A stretch of 64,000 nt of DNA from Longimicrobiales bacterium (GTDB lineage Bacteria; Gemmatimonadota; Gemmatimonadetes; Longimicrobiales; Gaopeijiaceae). The stretch covers positions 192,001-256,000 of the forward strand of contig JAWLHJ010000001.1 of the NCBI GenBank assembly GCA_041690395.1, in the 5' to 3' direction. Shown one piece after another: positions 27,980-36,830 of the stretch. The notes below the pieces were generated by a model. The model did no database searches and was not told where the DNA came from. It worked only from the letters and a program-made list of their open reading frames with translations. Every line of letters starts with the position of its first letter. Positions within the stretch are counted from its first letter, which is position 1. The position numbers and the translations under genes were made by a program.

Positions 27980-28477
27980 ATGAGGACCGACGAAGCACGC
28001 TACGTGGAGCGGACGCCCTGGCCGCATTGGGCGGAGGGGGTATTCTGGGGTGCGCTGGCGCTGACGAGTTTCGCGATGCTCGCGGGATGGGATACGGATC
28101 TTCCCGCCACCGTGCGTGTCCCGATCGCCGCCGGCATCATCACCCTCGGCGTGGCGCTGCGCTGGATCATCGGCGGCATGACCGTTCGCGTCGACGACAC
28201 CGGCGTCTTCGTTCACCTGGGCCGCGTCCCGCTCCTGCGGCGACATGTCCCGTTCGACGAGATCGAGGGGATGGAGGTCGTGCGCTACCGCCCCATGCGT
28301 GACTTCGGTGGGTGGGGGATACGCGGGCTCGGTAAGACCAAGGCGTGGACCGCGCGCGGGACCCGGGCGGTGCGGCTGCGGCTCACGGACGAGCGCGTCC
28401 TCTATATAGGGAGCGATGTGCCCCAGCGGCTGGCCGAGCGGATTCGAACGATCGGGGGCGCGGGGGTCAGGGCGTAG
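27980..28477 (+). CDS. Hypothetical membrane protein (two TM helices plus PH-like domain)
   Basis: Two hydrophobic helices, then YRP..DFGGWGIR and IGS..P..L motifs. Confidence 0.75.
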   Translation: MRTDEARYVERTPWPHWAEGVFWGALALTSFAMLAGWDTDLPATVRVPIAAGIITLGVALRWIIGGMTVRVDDTGVFVHLGRVPLLRRHVPFDEIEGMEVVRYRPMRDFGGWGIRGLGKTKAWTARGTRAVRLRLTDERVLYIGSDVPQRLAERIRTIGGAGVRA

Positions 28478-28923
28478 GTATGCGGCGAGCCCGGGCGGTC
28501 CCCGGTGGTGGGCCGTCGAGCGCCGGGTCCGCAGGCTCGAGGCCCAACGTCAGCGTGCCCAGGTCCAGGGCTCGGTAGGTGCCGGCATCCGTCGCCCCGA
28601 GTCCGAGCATCACTCCGGTGAACGCGTAAGGACCGACCGGGAGCGTGTCCCCGAGCACGGCATCCACCGGGAAGTCCACCCGGTAGACGACGGAGTCGCC
28701 GGGACCGACCTCGACGGGCGGGAACGCCATAGCCAGGCACGCCCAACCGCTATCGAAGTACAGACCCCTGCACGTCCCACGCGTCGGCGAACAGAATCGT
28801 GTCCGTGCAGGCCGCCAACGCGACCACCGTCGCGACCGCGACGGCGGCCACCAGCACGGCGAGGTTACGCGCCACTGCCGACACGCTGCGGGACCGCGGC
28901 CACGGGACGTCGACGTGACGCAT
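28467..28923 (-). pseudogene. Frame-disrupted lipoprotein gene
   Basis: GAGGAGGAG SD and ATG 28923 give MRHV...VALAA-C, stopping at 28750 (57 aa). A protein-like continuation (YFDSGWACLAMAFPPVEVGPGDSVVY...) runs in another frame to 28467. Confidence 0.55.
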
Positions 28924-29020
28924 GCGTGCTCCTCCTCGGGCTCGGGGCGGGGGTCATCCCCGCCGATGGTGCAACGAGTCGGGAGGTCGTGGCATGACAT
29001 CGGACGGGACGACGACCCCG

Positions 29021-29518
29021 TCAGTACCACATCCGGTCCACGCCCGCGGCGCGCCGAGCGTCGGCGAGTTGTCCCCGGTGCATGAACCAATGGTCGGCGG
29101 TGTATTGCAGGCAGCGACGGTGAGTACCGAAGAGGTCCTCCGCCCCGTCCGGGACGTTCGCGCTCCGCCGGTCGAGGTGATCCTCGCTCAGGGAGTCGAG
29201 CAACGCGGTGGTCGAGGCGCGGACGCCGCGACACGCCTCCAACACCCGGTCGAACGGCGGGAATCGCGCCGCGTCGCCGGAGACGCCCGCGCCGTCGAAC
29301 AGCTCCGCCCAATGGCCCAGCGGGTTCCGCTCACCGAGCATGATGCGCCGCACGACCAGCGCCTCGATGTACGCCAGGTGTCCGAGCACCCAGAGCGTAT
29401 GGCAGCCACCGCGCGGCGTGGGGAAGACCATGCAGTGGTCGCGCATGTCCTCGATGCGCGCGAGAACGATCTCTTCGCTGCGCCGGAGGTTCTCGCGGAT
29501 GAGATCGATCGATTGCAT
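29021..29518 (-). CDS. DinB-family protein
   Basis: AAGGAG SD. WVLGHLA and H.FMHRGQL His motifs. Confidence 0.82.
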   Translation of the reverse strand: MQSIDLIRENLRRSEEIVLARIEDMRDHCMVFPTPRGGCHTLWVLGHLAYIEALVVRRIMLGERNPLGHWAELFDGAGVSGDAARFPPFDRVLEACRGVRASTTALLDSLSEDHLDRRSANVPDGAEDLFGTHRRCLQYTADHWFMHRGQLADARRAAGVDRMWY

Positions 29519-29586
29519 GCCTGCTCACTCCTTCGGCAACAGTCTCGGGGGCCCGGCGGCTACTTCCGGGCCGCTCGCCAATTCCC

Positions 29587-29612
29587 TGTCACAATCGGCG
29601 CCGGCCTCCGTC
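29587..29612 (+). promoter_or_regulatory. ECF41-type promoter (TGTCACA-N15-CGTC) upstream of the CMD gene
   Basis: TGTCACA 29587-29593 and CGTC 29609-29612. Published ECF41 consensus is TGTCACA-n16-CGTC. Cognate sigma gene is adjacent. Confidence 0.68.
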
Positions 29613-29655
29613 CTTCCAGGTTGAATGACTATGCGCCCCTGAACGGACGATCACC

Positions 29656-30102
29656 ATGACCACGCAACGCTTCGATTACTACCGCCACGCTCCTGGCGCC
29701 GCCCGCGCTCTCGCCACCGGCGGCCAGGCGGCCCTCGAGCACCTCGAGCCGGCCCTCGTTCACCTCGTCTCCCTCCGCGCGTCGCAAATGAACGGGTGCG
29801 CCTATTGCGTCGACCTTCATTACCGCGACGCCCTGGCGGCGGGGGTGCCGGCGCGGACCGTCAACGCCGTCTCCGCCTGGCGCGACGCGCCCTTCTTCAC
29901 CGATCGTGAGCGGGCTGCGTTGGCATGGACCGAATCCGTCACGCGTCTCGCCCCGGAGGGCGTCTCCGACGCGGCCTGGGATCACTCGAGCGCCCAGTTC
30001 TCCGAAGCGGAAATCGCATGCTTGACGTTCGCCATCGCGGCCATCAATGCCTGGAACCGTTTGAGTGTTTCGGCCCGGAAGGGACCCACCCCCGATGATT
30101 GA
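29656..30102 (+). CDS. Carboxymuconolactone decarboxylase/AhpD-like protein
   Basis: LRASQMNGCAYCVDLH CxxC motif, F.DRERAAL.W.E..T, INAWNR. Confidence 0.9.
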   Translation: MTTQRFDYYRHAPGAARALATGGQAALEHLEPALVHLVSLRASQMNGCAYCVDLHYRDALAAGVPARTVNAVSAWRDAPFFTDRERAALAWTESVTRLAPEGVSDAAWDHSSAQFSEAEIACLTFAIAAINAWNRLSVSARKGPTPDD

Positions 30103-31000
30103 GGCGTTCGAGGGTGTGCGGAGCCGACTCTGGGGCATTGCCTATCGGATGCTCGGCACCCCGGACGACGCGGATGACATCGTCCAGGAGGCACAGCTCC
30201 GCTGGCTCCAGACGAACCGGGACGCCGTGCGCGACTCCGAAGGATGGTTGGTGGCGGTGACGACCCGGCTCGCCATCGACAGGCTCCGGCAGGCCCGGCG
30301 CCATCGGGCCGACTACCTGGGCCCCTGGCTTCCGGCACCCGTGTCGGGATCCCCGGGCGCTTCGGCCCCGGAGTCACCGAGCCGGGCCGCCGAGCTCGCC
30401 TCCGACCTCTCCCTCGCGTTCCTCCATCTCCTGGAGCGGCTCGGACCCGAGGAGCGGGCGGCATTCCTCCTCCGCGAAGCGTTCGACGTCGGGTACGCCG
30501 ACATCGCTCGGACCCTCGACCGCTCCGAGGCCGCCTGCCGGCAGATGGTCCACCGGGCCAGGGCCCGCGTGCAGGACGGGGCACGGCGCGAACACGCGAC
30601 GGAGGAGGAGCGGCGCTCGCTGGCGGACCGGTTCGCCCTCGCCGTGGCGGCCGAGGACCTCGACCGGCTTCTCGAGCTCCTGGCTCCGGACGCCACGCAT
30701 CTGACCGACGGAGGCGGCAAGGCCTGGGCCGCGCTCCGCGAGATCCGGGGCGCCGACGCCGTGGCCCGGGGCATGATCGGGGCGTTCCGGAAGGCCGCCC
30801 GCGGCTCGGCCGGGCGGGATTCCACCGGGCGTGAGCACGCCGTCACGCTGAAGCTGGGACGCGTCAATGGTGAGCCCGCCGTGCTCAACTACGTGGAACG
30901 GGCGCTCATCTCGGTGACGACGTTCTCGGTCCGGGACGGGCGGGTCCACCGCATCTTCACCGTCCTGAATCCCGACAAGCTGGAACGGGTGACGCCCTGA
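30095..31000 (+). CDS. ECF41/SigJ-type sigma factor with SnoaL-like extension
   Basis: AYRMLG...DA.DIVQE, Y.GPWLP.P, DGGGK and NPDKL motifs. Confidence 0.9.
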   Translation: MIEAFEGVRSRLWGIAYRMLGTPDDADDIVQEAQLRWLQTNRDAVRDSEGWLVAVTTRLAIDRLRQARRHRADYLGPWLPAPVSGSPGASAPESPSRAAELASDLSLAFLHLLERLGPEERAAFLLREAFDVGYADIARTLDRSEAACRQMVHRARARVQDGARREHATEEERRSLADRFALAVAAEDLDRLLELLAPDATHLTDGGGKAWAALREIRGADAVARGMIGAFRKAARGSAGRDSTGREHAVTLKLGRVNGEPAVLNYVERALISVTTFSVRDGRVHRIFTVLNPDKLERVTP

Positions 31001-31001
31001 G

Positions 31002-31856
31002 TCAGCGCTGACGGCCCTCGGCCGCCACGATGACGCCTTCCAGGAGAACCGACACGGTCATCGGACCGACTCCGCCCGGGACCGGCGCCAGGGCCTCCAG
31101 ATGGTCCACGCCCTCGGAGACGTCGAGGTCTCCGCGCCCGCCCGGATTGAAGTAACCGCCGTCGATGACCACGGCTCCCGACGCAAGGTCCGAGGAACGC
31201 ACGGCACCGACCCGATTCACGAACGTGACGACCAGGGTCGCGTCCGCGAGTCGCTCCTCCAGCTCGCCCGACTCCGCCGGCACGATGATCACCCGTGCGC
31301 CGCGTCGCGCGAGCGCCTCGCGGAGCATCGCGGTGAAGGGCATCTCCTCTCCGATCACCACGCCCGCCCGGCCACGGACGTCCACTGGGCCATCCTCCAG
31401 GAGTGCGAGCACCGCAGCGACCGTGGCAGGAGGGCGGTCCAGGCGACCTGCCATGAAGGCCTGGAAGCGGGCGGGCCTCATGACGTCGACGTCGGCCTCC
31501 GGGGGCACGGCCGCGACGAGCACATCGAGGTCGATATCCGGAGGGAACGGTACCTGGAGCAGGATCGCGTCGGGCCGCGAATCAGAGACGGCCCGGTCGA
31601 GGGCGGCTGCGGCGCCCTGCGTCTCGGTGTCCGCCGGGAGAACGAGGGGCCGGACGTCGACCCCCGCTTCCGCACCCGCGCGAACCTTCCGGGACACCCA
31701 GGGAGCACGACCGTCGGCCCCCGCGAAGGCGACGAGGAGCAGCCGGGGCGGGGTTCCGCGCAGGTCGCGGACCCGGCTCGCCCGGTCGCGTAGCGCGGGC
31801 AGGCGTCGCTCCGCCAGAAGCCGGCCGTCGAGGATCAGGGGCGCCCTGGGTGTCAC
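31002..31856 (-). CDS. folD: Divergent FolD-family methylene-THF dehydrogenase/cyclohydrolase
   Basis: ILDGR N-terminus, ILLQVP.P, DVD, VIDGG, PVPGGVGPMTV. GTGA overlap with the upstream sigma gene. Confidence 0.75.
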   Translation of the reverse strand: MTPRAPLILDGRLLAERRLPALRDRASRVRDLRGTPPRLLLVAFAGADGRAPWVSRKVRAGAEAGVDVRPLVLPADTETQGAAAALDRAVSDSRPDAILLQVPFPPDIDLDVLVAAVPPEADVDVMRPARFQAFMAGRLDRPPATVAAVLALLEDGPVDVRGRAGVVIGEEMPFTAMLREALARRGARVIIVPAESGELEERLADATLVVTFVNRVGAVRSSDLASGAVVIDGGYFNPGGRGDLDVSEGVDHLEALAPVPGGVGPMTVSVLLEGVIVAAEGRQR

Positions 31857-32722
31857 CCGGCCAACCTCTCGAGTCGCTCGCCATCCGCCAGGATATCCAT
31901 CGCGACCACCCGCCCATCGACGATCGTGAAGGCGGTGAGCGAGAACACCCGCCCACCCTGGCCCACCAGGACCCCGGCGGCGCCGTTGACGAGCACGGGC
32001 TCCACCGACTGTGCGGAGGTCGAGAAGCGGATCGCCTGACCGGCCACCTCTTCCGCCCCCCGGACCGTCTGGGAGAGGCCGGCCCTCAGTGGCCCGGCGT
32101 CTGCACGCAGCACGCACTCCGGGTCCAGGACGCTCAGGAGTCCTTCGAAGTCGCCCGCCCTCGCCGCCGCGAGAAACGCGTCCACGACCTCGCGCTGGCG
32201 CGAGAGGTCTCGGTCCGGCTCGACCCGCGCGTCCCGCAGACGGCGACGGGCCCGGCTCGCGAGCTGCCTGGCGGCGGGGGTGGACGAGCCCACCACCGAG
32301 GCAACAAGCTCGAACGGCATGTCGAACATGTCGTGAAGCACGAACGCCAGCCGCTCCGGCGGCCGGAGCTCCTGGAGGACTACCTGGAGCGCGAGGCCGA
32401 GGGCGTCCGAGAGTAGCGCCTGGTGCTCCGGATCCGGCTCGTCCGCACGGGTAACGATCGGGTCCGGCAGGCGCACGCCGACCAGCTCTTCGGCTCGGGC
32501 TTCTCGGGCCCGGATCACGTCCAGGCATATCCGCGAGACCACGACCGTGAGCCACCCGGAGAGGTTGTCGATCTCGGCAGCGTCGGTGCGGCTGAGCCGG
32601 ATCCAGGCCTCCTGCACCGCGTCCTCGGCGGCGCTCAGCGAGCCGAGCATGCGGTAGGCCACCGCTCGCAGCCGAGTCCGATCCGACTCGAACCGTTCAG
32701 CCAGCTGCTGGTCGTCCGCCAC
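31853..32722 (-). CDS. Second ECF41-type sigma factor with SnoaL-like extension
   Basis: AYRMLGS..AEDAVQEAW, ERLAFVLHD.F, RQLASRARRR, LDP..VLRAD. Confidence 0.88.
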   Translation of the reverse strand: MADDQQLAERFESDRTRLRAVAYRMLGSLSAAEDAVQEAWIRLSRTDAAEIDNLSGWLTVVVSRICLDVIRAREARAEELVGVRLPDPIVTRADEPDPEHQALLSDALGLALQVVLQELRPPERLAFVLHDMFDMPFELVASVVGSSTPAARQLASRARRRLRDARVEPDRDLSRQREVVDAFLAAARAGDFEGLLSVLDPECVLRADAGPLRAGLSQTVRGAEEVAGQAIRFSTSAQSVEPVLVNGAAGVLVGQGGRVFSLTAFTIVDGRVVAMDILADGERLERLAG

Positions 32723-32749
32723 GCATCACACTCCCGGGGTGGGCAGGCT

Positions 32750-32776
32750 CGTCACACTTCCGCGGTCCGTTCCGTC
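32750..32776 (+). promoter_or_regulatory. ECF41-type promoter (cGTCACA-N16-CGTC)
   Basis: GTCACA 32751-32756, 16-nt spacer, CGTC 32773-32776. Divergent from the second ECF41 gene. Confidence 0.68.
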
Positions 32777-32851
32777 AACACGTCGAGAGGGTGCACGGCG
32801 CGACCGTCGCCCATCCCGACATCCGGCAACGATAACCTGGAGGAGATCCCC

Positions 32852-33085
32852 TTGAGCTGGAACCGATGGATTCGACAGACGCACCGCTGGCTCTCCGTGA
32901 TCTTCACGGCGGCCGTCCTCGTGAACATCGTCCTCAACGTCGCTCCCCTGGTCAGCGAGGAGGTCGCCACGGCCGTGGGGATGCTCACCCTGCTCCCGCT
33001 CACCTTGCTCCTCATTACCGGCCTCTACCTCTTCGTTCTGCCATACATCTCCCGGGGCAACCGCCGACCCAGGACCGACGCATGA
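32852..33085 (+). CDS. Small two-TM membrane protein (PepSY-TM-like RQTHRW start)
   Basis: GGAGGAG SD and TTG start. W.RWIRQTHRWLS..FT...TGLYLFVLPY. Confidence 0.75.
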   Translation: MSWNRWIRQTHRWLSVIFTAAVLVNIVLNVAPLVSEEVATAVGMLTLLPLTLLLITGLYLFVLPYISRGNRRPRTDA

Positions 33086-33723
33086 CCGCTGAGAACGCCA
33101 GGAACGCCAGTGCCGACGACTTCATCGACCGAGCCCCGCGGTGGCAGGAGGAGATGCGCGAGCTCCGGCGCATCCTCCTCGACTGCGACCTCACCGAGGA
33201 GATCAAGTGGGGCAAGCCGTGCTACGTGGGCGGCGGCGGCAACATCGTGATCATGCAGCCGTTCAAGGCGCACCTGTCGCTCATGTTCTTCAAGGGCGCC
33301 CTTCTGGATGACCCCCAGGGCATCCTGCGGTCGCAGGGCGAGAACACGCGGTCCGCCATGAGGATCGAGTTCACCGGCCGGGATCAGGTGGCCGGGCTGG
33401 AAGCCGCCGTGAAGGCCTACGTCGAGGAGGCCATCGCGGTCGAAGAGGCGGGCCTGGCGGTCCCGAAGAAGAAGGTCGCGAAGCACGAAATGCCGGAGGA
33501 GCTCGAGGAGCGTCTCCGCGACGATGCGGAGTACCGGGAGGCGTTCGAGGCGCTGACCCCGGGCAGGAAGAGGAGCTACGTGCTACACATCTCCGAGGCC
33601 AAGCGCGCTGAGACGCGCGAGCGGCGCATCGAGAAGTGCCGCGCGAAGGTGCTGGAGGGGAAGGGGTTCAACGACGCTCCACCACCATCGCGCACGCCAG
33701 CCCACCCGCCGCGCACACCGTGA
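33082..33723 (+). CDS. YdeI/OmpD-associated family protein (DUF1801)
   Basis: EIKWGKPCY, FFKGALL.DP, ALTPGRKRSY, AKR.ETR..RI. ATGA overlap. Confidence 0.88.
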   Translation: MTAENARNASADDFIDRAPRWQEEMRELRRILLDCDLTEEIKWGKPCYVGGGGNIVIMQPFKAHLSLMFFKGALLDDPQGILRSQGENTRSAMRIEFTGRDQVAGLEAAVKAYVEEAIAVEEAGLAVPKKKVAKHEMPEELEERLRDDAEYREAFEALTPGRKRSYVLHISEAKRAETRERRIEKCRAKVLEGKGFNDAPPPSRTPAHPPRTP

Positions 33724-34996
33724 TCAACCCGAACTCCACGTCCCGCCGCGCCATCTCGTTCAGGAGCGTGAGGGTGACGCGGCCGCCCGTGGCACCGAAC
33801 GGATGCCCGATCGCGATCGAGCCGCCCATGACGTTGATGCGGTCGATGTCCGGATGTCCGGTGGCATCGCTCCGGCCGAGCACGTCGCGGGCGAACGCCT
33901 TCGAGTCGAGCCCCTGGAGGTTCGAGAGCACCTGGCTCGCGAACGCTTCGTGCATCTCCATGAGACCGATGTCCTTCATGGTGAGCCCCGCCCGGTCGAG
34001 GGCGATGGGCGCCGCGTAGGCAGGACCCTGCAGGAGCTGCTCGCCGGGATCGAGGGCGGTCCAGGCCCAGCTCCGGATGAACCCGAGCGGGGCAATGCCT
34101 TCGGCTGCAGCCCGCTCGCCGTTCATGAGCACGAGCGCCGACGCGCCGTCGGTGAGCGGCGAGGCGTTGCCGGCCGTGACCGATCCGTACTTCCGGTCGA
34201 ACACGGGGCGAAGCGCACCAAGCGCCTCGAGCGAGGTGTCGGTTCGGATGCCGTTGTCGCTCTCGGCGACGTCCTCGTACTTCGGCGGGACGTACACCGG
34301 CACGATCTCGGCCGTCAGGCGCCCGTCCTCGGTGCCGGCCGCGGCGAGCCGGTGGGAGCGGAGGGCCCACTCGTCCTGCGCCTCGCGCGAAATGCCATTC
34401 TGCTTCGCCATGCGCTCGGCCGCCTCGCCCATGGTCTCGCCCGTGGTGGGCTCCGCGATGGCCGGGCTCACGGGCGCCAGATCCTTCGGCCGGAGCCCCT
34501 TGAAGGCCCCGAGCCTGTCGGATATCGACTTCGCCTTGGACGCGCTCACCAGCGCCTTCGCCAGCCGGTCGCCGGCCAGGATCGGCACGTGCGAGAGCGA
34601 CTCGGCGCCGCCCGCCACCACGACCTGCGCCTGACCCAGCTCGATGAGCGCAGCCCCGTCGGCGATCGCCTGGTTCGCGGAGGTGCAGGCACGCGAGACC
34701 GTCACGGCCGGCACGGTCACCGGAAGCGTGGCGAGCCCCACCTCGCGCGCGATGTTCGGCGCACGCACGTCGTGCACCACCGTGCCGTAGATCAGATGGT
34801 CGACGTCGGCCGGCCGAAGCCCCGCGCGGGCTACCACATCCCGCACCGCCACCTTCCCGAGGTCGATGGCCGACAGGTCGCGCAAGATCGTGCCCGAGCG
34901 GGCGAACGGGGTGCGCACGCCGGCCACCACCGCGGTCCGGGTGCGGGCGCGTCCCCGGGTGATGGAGGGCGCGTGCACGGGCTCCGTGTCGGACAT
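33668..34996 (-). CDS. fadI: Acetyl-CoA C-acyltransferase (FadI-type thiolase)
   Basis: RTPF, NIARE, SRACTS (Cys), HEAFA, GHPFGATG, CAAGG. Confidence 0.9.
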   Translation of the reverse strand: MSDTEPVHAPSITRGRARTRTAVVAGVRTPFARSGTILRDLSAIDLGKVAVRDVVARAGLRPADVDHLIYGTVVHDVRAPNIAREVGLATLPVTVPAVTVSRACTSANQAIADGAALIELGQAQVVVAGGAESLSHVPILAGDRLAKALVSASKAKSISDRLGAFKGLRPKDLAPVSPAIAEPTTGETMGEAAERMAKQNGISREAQDEWALRSHRLAAAGTEDGRLTAEIVPVYVPPKYEDVAESDNGIRTDTSLEALGALRPVFDRKYGSVTAGNASPLTDGASALVLMNGERAAAEGIAPLGFIRSWAWTALDPGEQLLQGPAYAAPIALDRAGLTMKDIGLMEMHEAFASQVLSNLQGLDSKAFARDVLGRSDATGHPDIDRINVMGGSIAIGHPFGATGGRVTLTLLNEMARRDVEFGLITVCAAGGLACAMVVERR

Positions 34997-35195
34997 GGCC
35001 TGCTCCGGATGCGGGATAGACGGGGCGTTCCGGCCGGTGCCGGCGGCCCCGCTTGGGATCTATCCATGGAACGCGCGCGGGACAAGGTCGCTCCGGCCGG
35101 ACGCGGGCGGCTGCGAATAAGGCTCCCTTTCCGCTAAATTAGGGCTTAGACTCAAATATTGGACCGGCACTTCCCTTTTGAAGGAGAGGTACCTC

Positions 35196-35687
35196 ATGAC
35201 CAGAACGTTCAAAGCGCTTGCCATCGCGGCCGCGTTGGTCGCGGTTCCGAGCTTCGCGCAAGCACAGGCCACGCTCGGACCGCAGATCGCATATCACAAC
35301 GACTTCGATTTCGGTATCGGCGCGGCGCTCACGCTGTCGGCCGACGCGATCCACGAGCAGGTCGACTTCCTGTTCGACTTCGCCTGGTTCTTCCCCGAGA
35401 GCGACGCCGTCGACTACTTCGAGCTCAACGGCGGCCTCCTCTACGACTTCATCCTCGATGAGAGCACGGTCACCCCGTTCGCGCTCGCGGGGCTGAACGT
35501 CGCGAGCTGGTCGGTGGACACGCCCGTCGGTGGCGGCGACAACACCGAGCTCGGACTCAACCTGGGCGGCGGCCTCAAGTTCAACGCCGGCTCGCTACGC
35601 CCCATGGTCGGCGTCCGCCTGGAGATCGAGGGCGGCGACGGCTTCGTCATCTTCGGGACGATCCCGTTCGCGCTGTCGGGCAGCTGA
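35196..35687 (+). CDS. Small outer-membrane beta-barrel protein (OmpA/OMP_b-brl-like)
   Basis: AAGGAGAGG SD. Signal peptide AQA-Q. About 8 amphipathic strands (PFALAGLN, GLNLGGG). Confidence 0.8.
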   Translation: MTRTFKALAIAAALVAVPSFAQAQATLGPQIAYHNDFDFGIGAALTLSADAIHEQVDFLFDFAWFFPESDAVDYFELNGGLLYDFILDESTVTPFALAGLNVASWSVDTPVGGGDNTELGLNLGGGLKFNAGSLRPMVGVRLEIEGGDGFVIFGTIPFALSGS

Positions 35688-35765
35688 CGCGGGAGCCGTA
35701 AGCGGCGTTCCGCCAAGCTGGCCCGAAAGCGGGGACGGATGAGCGGACTTAAGCCTACGTGCGCG

Positions 35766-35799
35766 CGGCCCCTTCCCACCACCGTGTGGGGAGGGGCCG
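35766..35799 (+). terminator. Probable terminator hairpin downstream of the OMP gene
   Basis: CGGCCCCTTCCCAC...GTGGGGAGGGGCCG stem followed by a weak T-rich tract. Confidence 0.45.
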
Positions 35800-35839
35800 T
35801 GTTGCGTTCGTAACGCCCTGGTGACGCCCCCTCCTCAGG

Positions 35840-36754
35840 ATGGACTCGGTCGATCATCCATCCTCGGGACCGGGAGACGTTGGCATGTCTGGACACGGAG
35901 CTTCCTCGCTCAGCCTCCTCGCTCACCCTTATCAACGCCTCGAGCCGTTCACCGGTGGGAGGGCCGAGCTCAAGGAAGCCGCACGACGCCGGGGTAGTGC
36001 CATCGTGTGGCTCATGGGGAAGGCCACGGACCCTCCCGAGCTGAAGTTGTTGAGCAATCGCCCGGGCGGCCTCTCTCTCCTGACCGTCCTTCCGAAGTCG
36101 CCCGATATCCTCGGCAATCCGGCACTCGTCCAGGCTATTCAGCGCCTGAGGCCAAACGGCATCCTTCCGCACCACGAGGAGCCACGGGCCAGCGAGCTGG
36201 CCCACGTTCTAAGGCGTCCACCGCTGGATCTCGCCGTGGAAGTCACCGACTACCTCGAGTGGAGAGGACTCCGCTTCGACCACGACACCGTCCGGCTGAT
36301 CCGAAGGATCGTCGAGCTCTCCGAGAATCTGCGCTCGGTCACCGGTCTCGCCAGGAACATGTACATGTCAAGGCGTGCACTCGGCAGGCGCTTCATGACG
36401 CTCGGCCTCCCGGTGCCTTCACACTGGCTGCAGATGGCGCGCCTGCTGCGGGTGGTGATAAGGTTGCAGAACACCGACGACAGCGTGTTTGCCGTGGCCT
36501 GCGGTCAGGGCTACCCCGACGGGTTCTCGGTGAGTAACCAGATGTATCGCCTGTTCGGGTGCCGTCCAACGGAGGTTCGGGAGCGCCTCGGCTGGGAGTG
36601 GGTCTTCGAGGAGTGGCTGCGACGGGAAGCCGAGGCGGGGGCGTTCGCCCCGACCAATGCGGATAAGTTCAGCGGAGTCCCGCTCCGGGGGACCACGCCT
36701 CCTGCCCTCCGCCGGCACGCGCGTGCAAGGCGGCGGGACCCCCTCCGGGCCTGA
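35840..36754 (+). CDS. AraC-like helix-turn-helix regulator; start uncertain
   Basis: SV..LAR.MYMSRRALGRRF...GLP.P..WL, VA...GYPDGFS.SNQM.RL.G.RP. Confidence 0.78.
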   Translation: MDSVDHPSSGPGDVGMSGHGASSLSLLAHPYQRLEPFTGGRAELKEAARRRGSAIVWLMGKATDPPELKLLSNRPGGLSLLTVLPKSPDILGNPALVQAIQRLRPNGILPHHEEPRASELAHVLRRPPLDLAVEVTDYLEWRGLRFDHDTVRLIRRIVELSENLRSVTGLARNMYMSRRALGRRFMTLGLPVPSHWLQMARLLRVVIRLQNTDDSVFAVACGQGYPDGFSVSNQMYRLFGCRPTEVRERLGWEWVFEEWLRREAEAGAFAPTNADKFSGVPLRGTTPPALRRHARARRRDPLRA

Positions 36755-36830
36755 CATGACGGTCGGAACGAGGCACGGACGCCGTCACCGGGTGGCGGCT
36801 CGGCGTTCACCGAGGAACTACGAGGTATCG

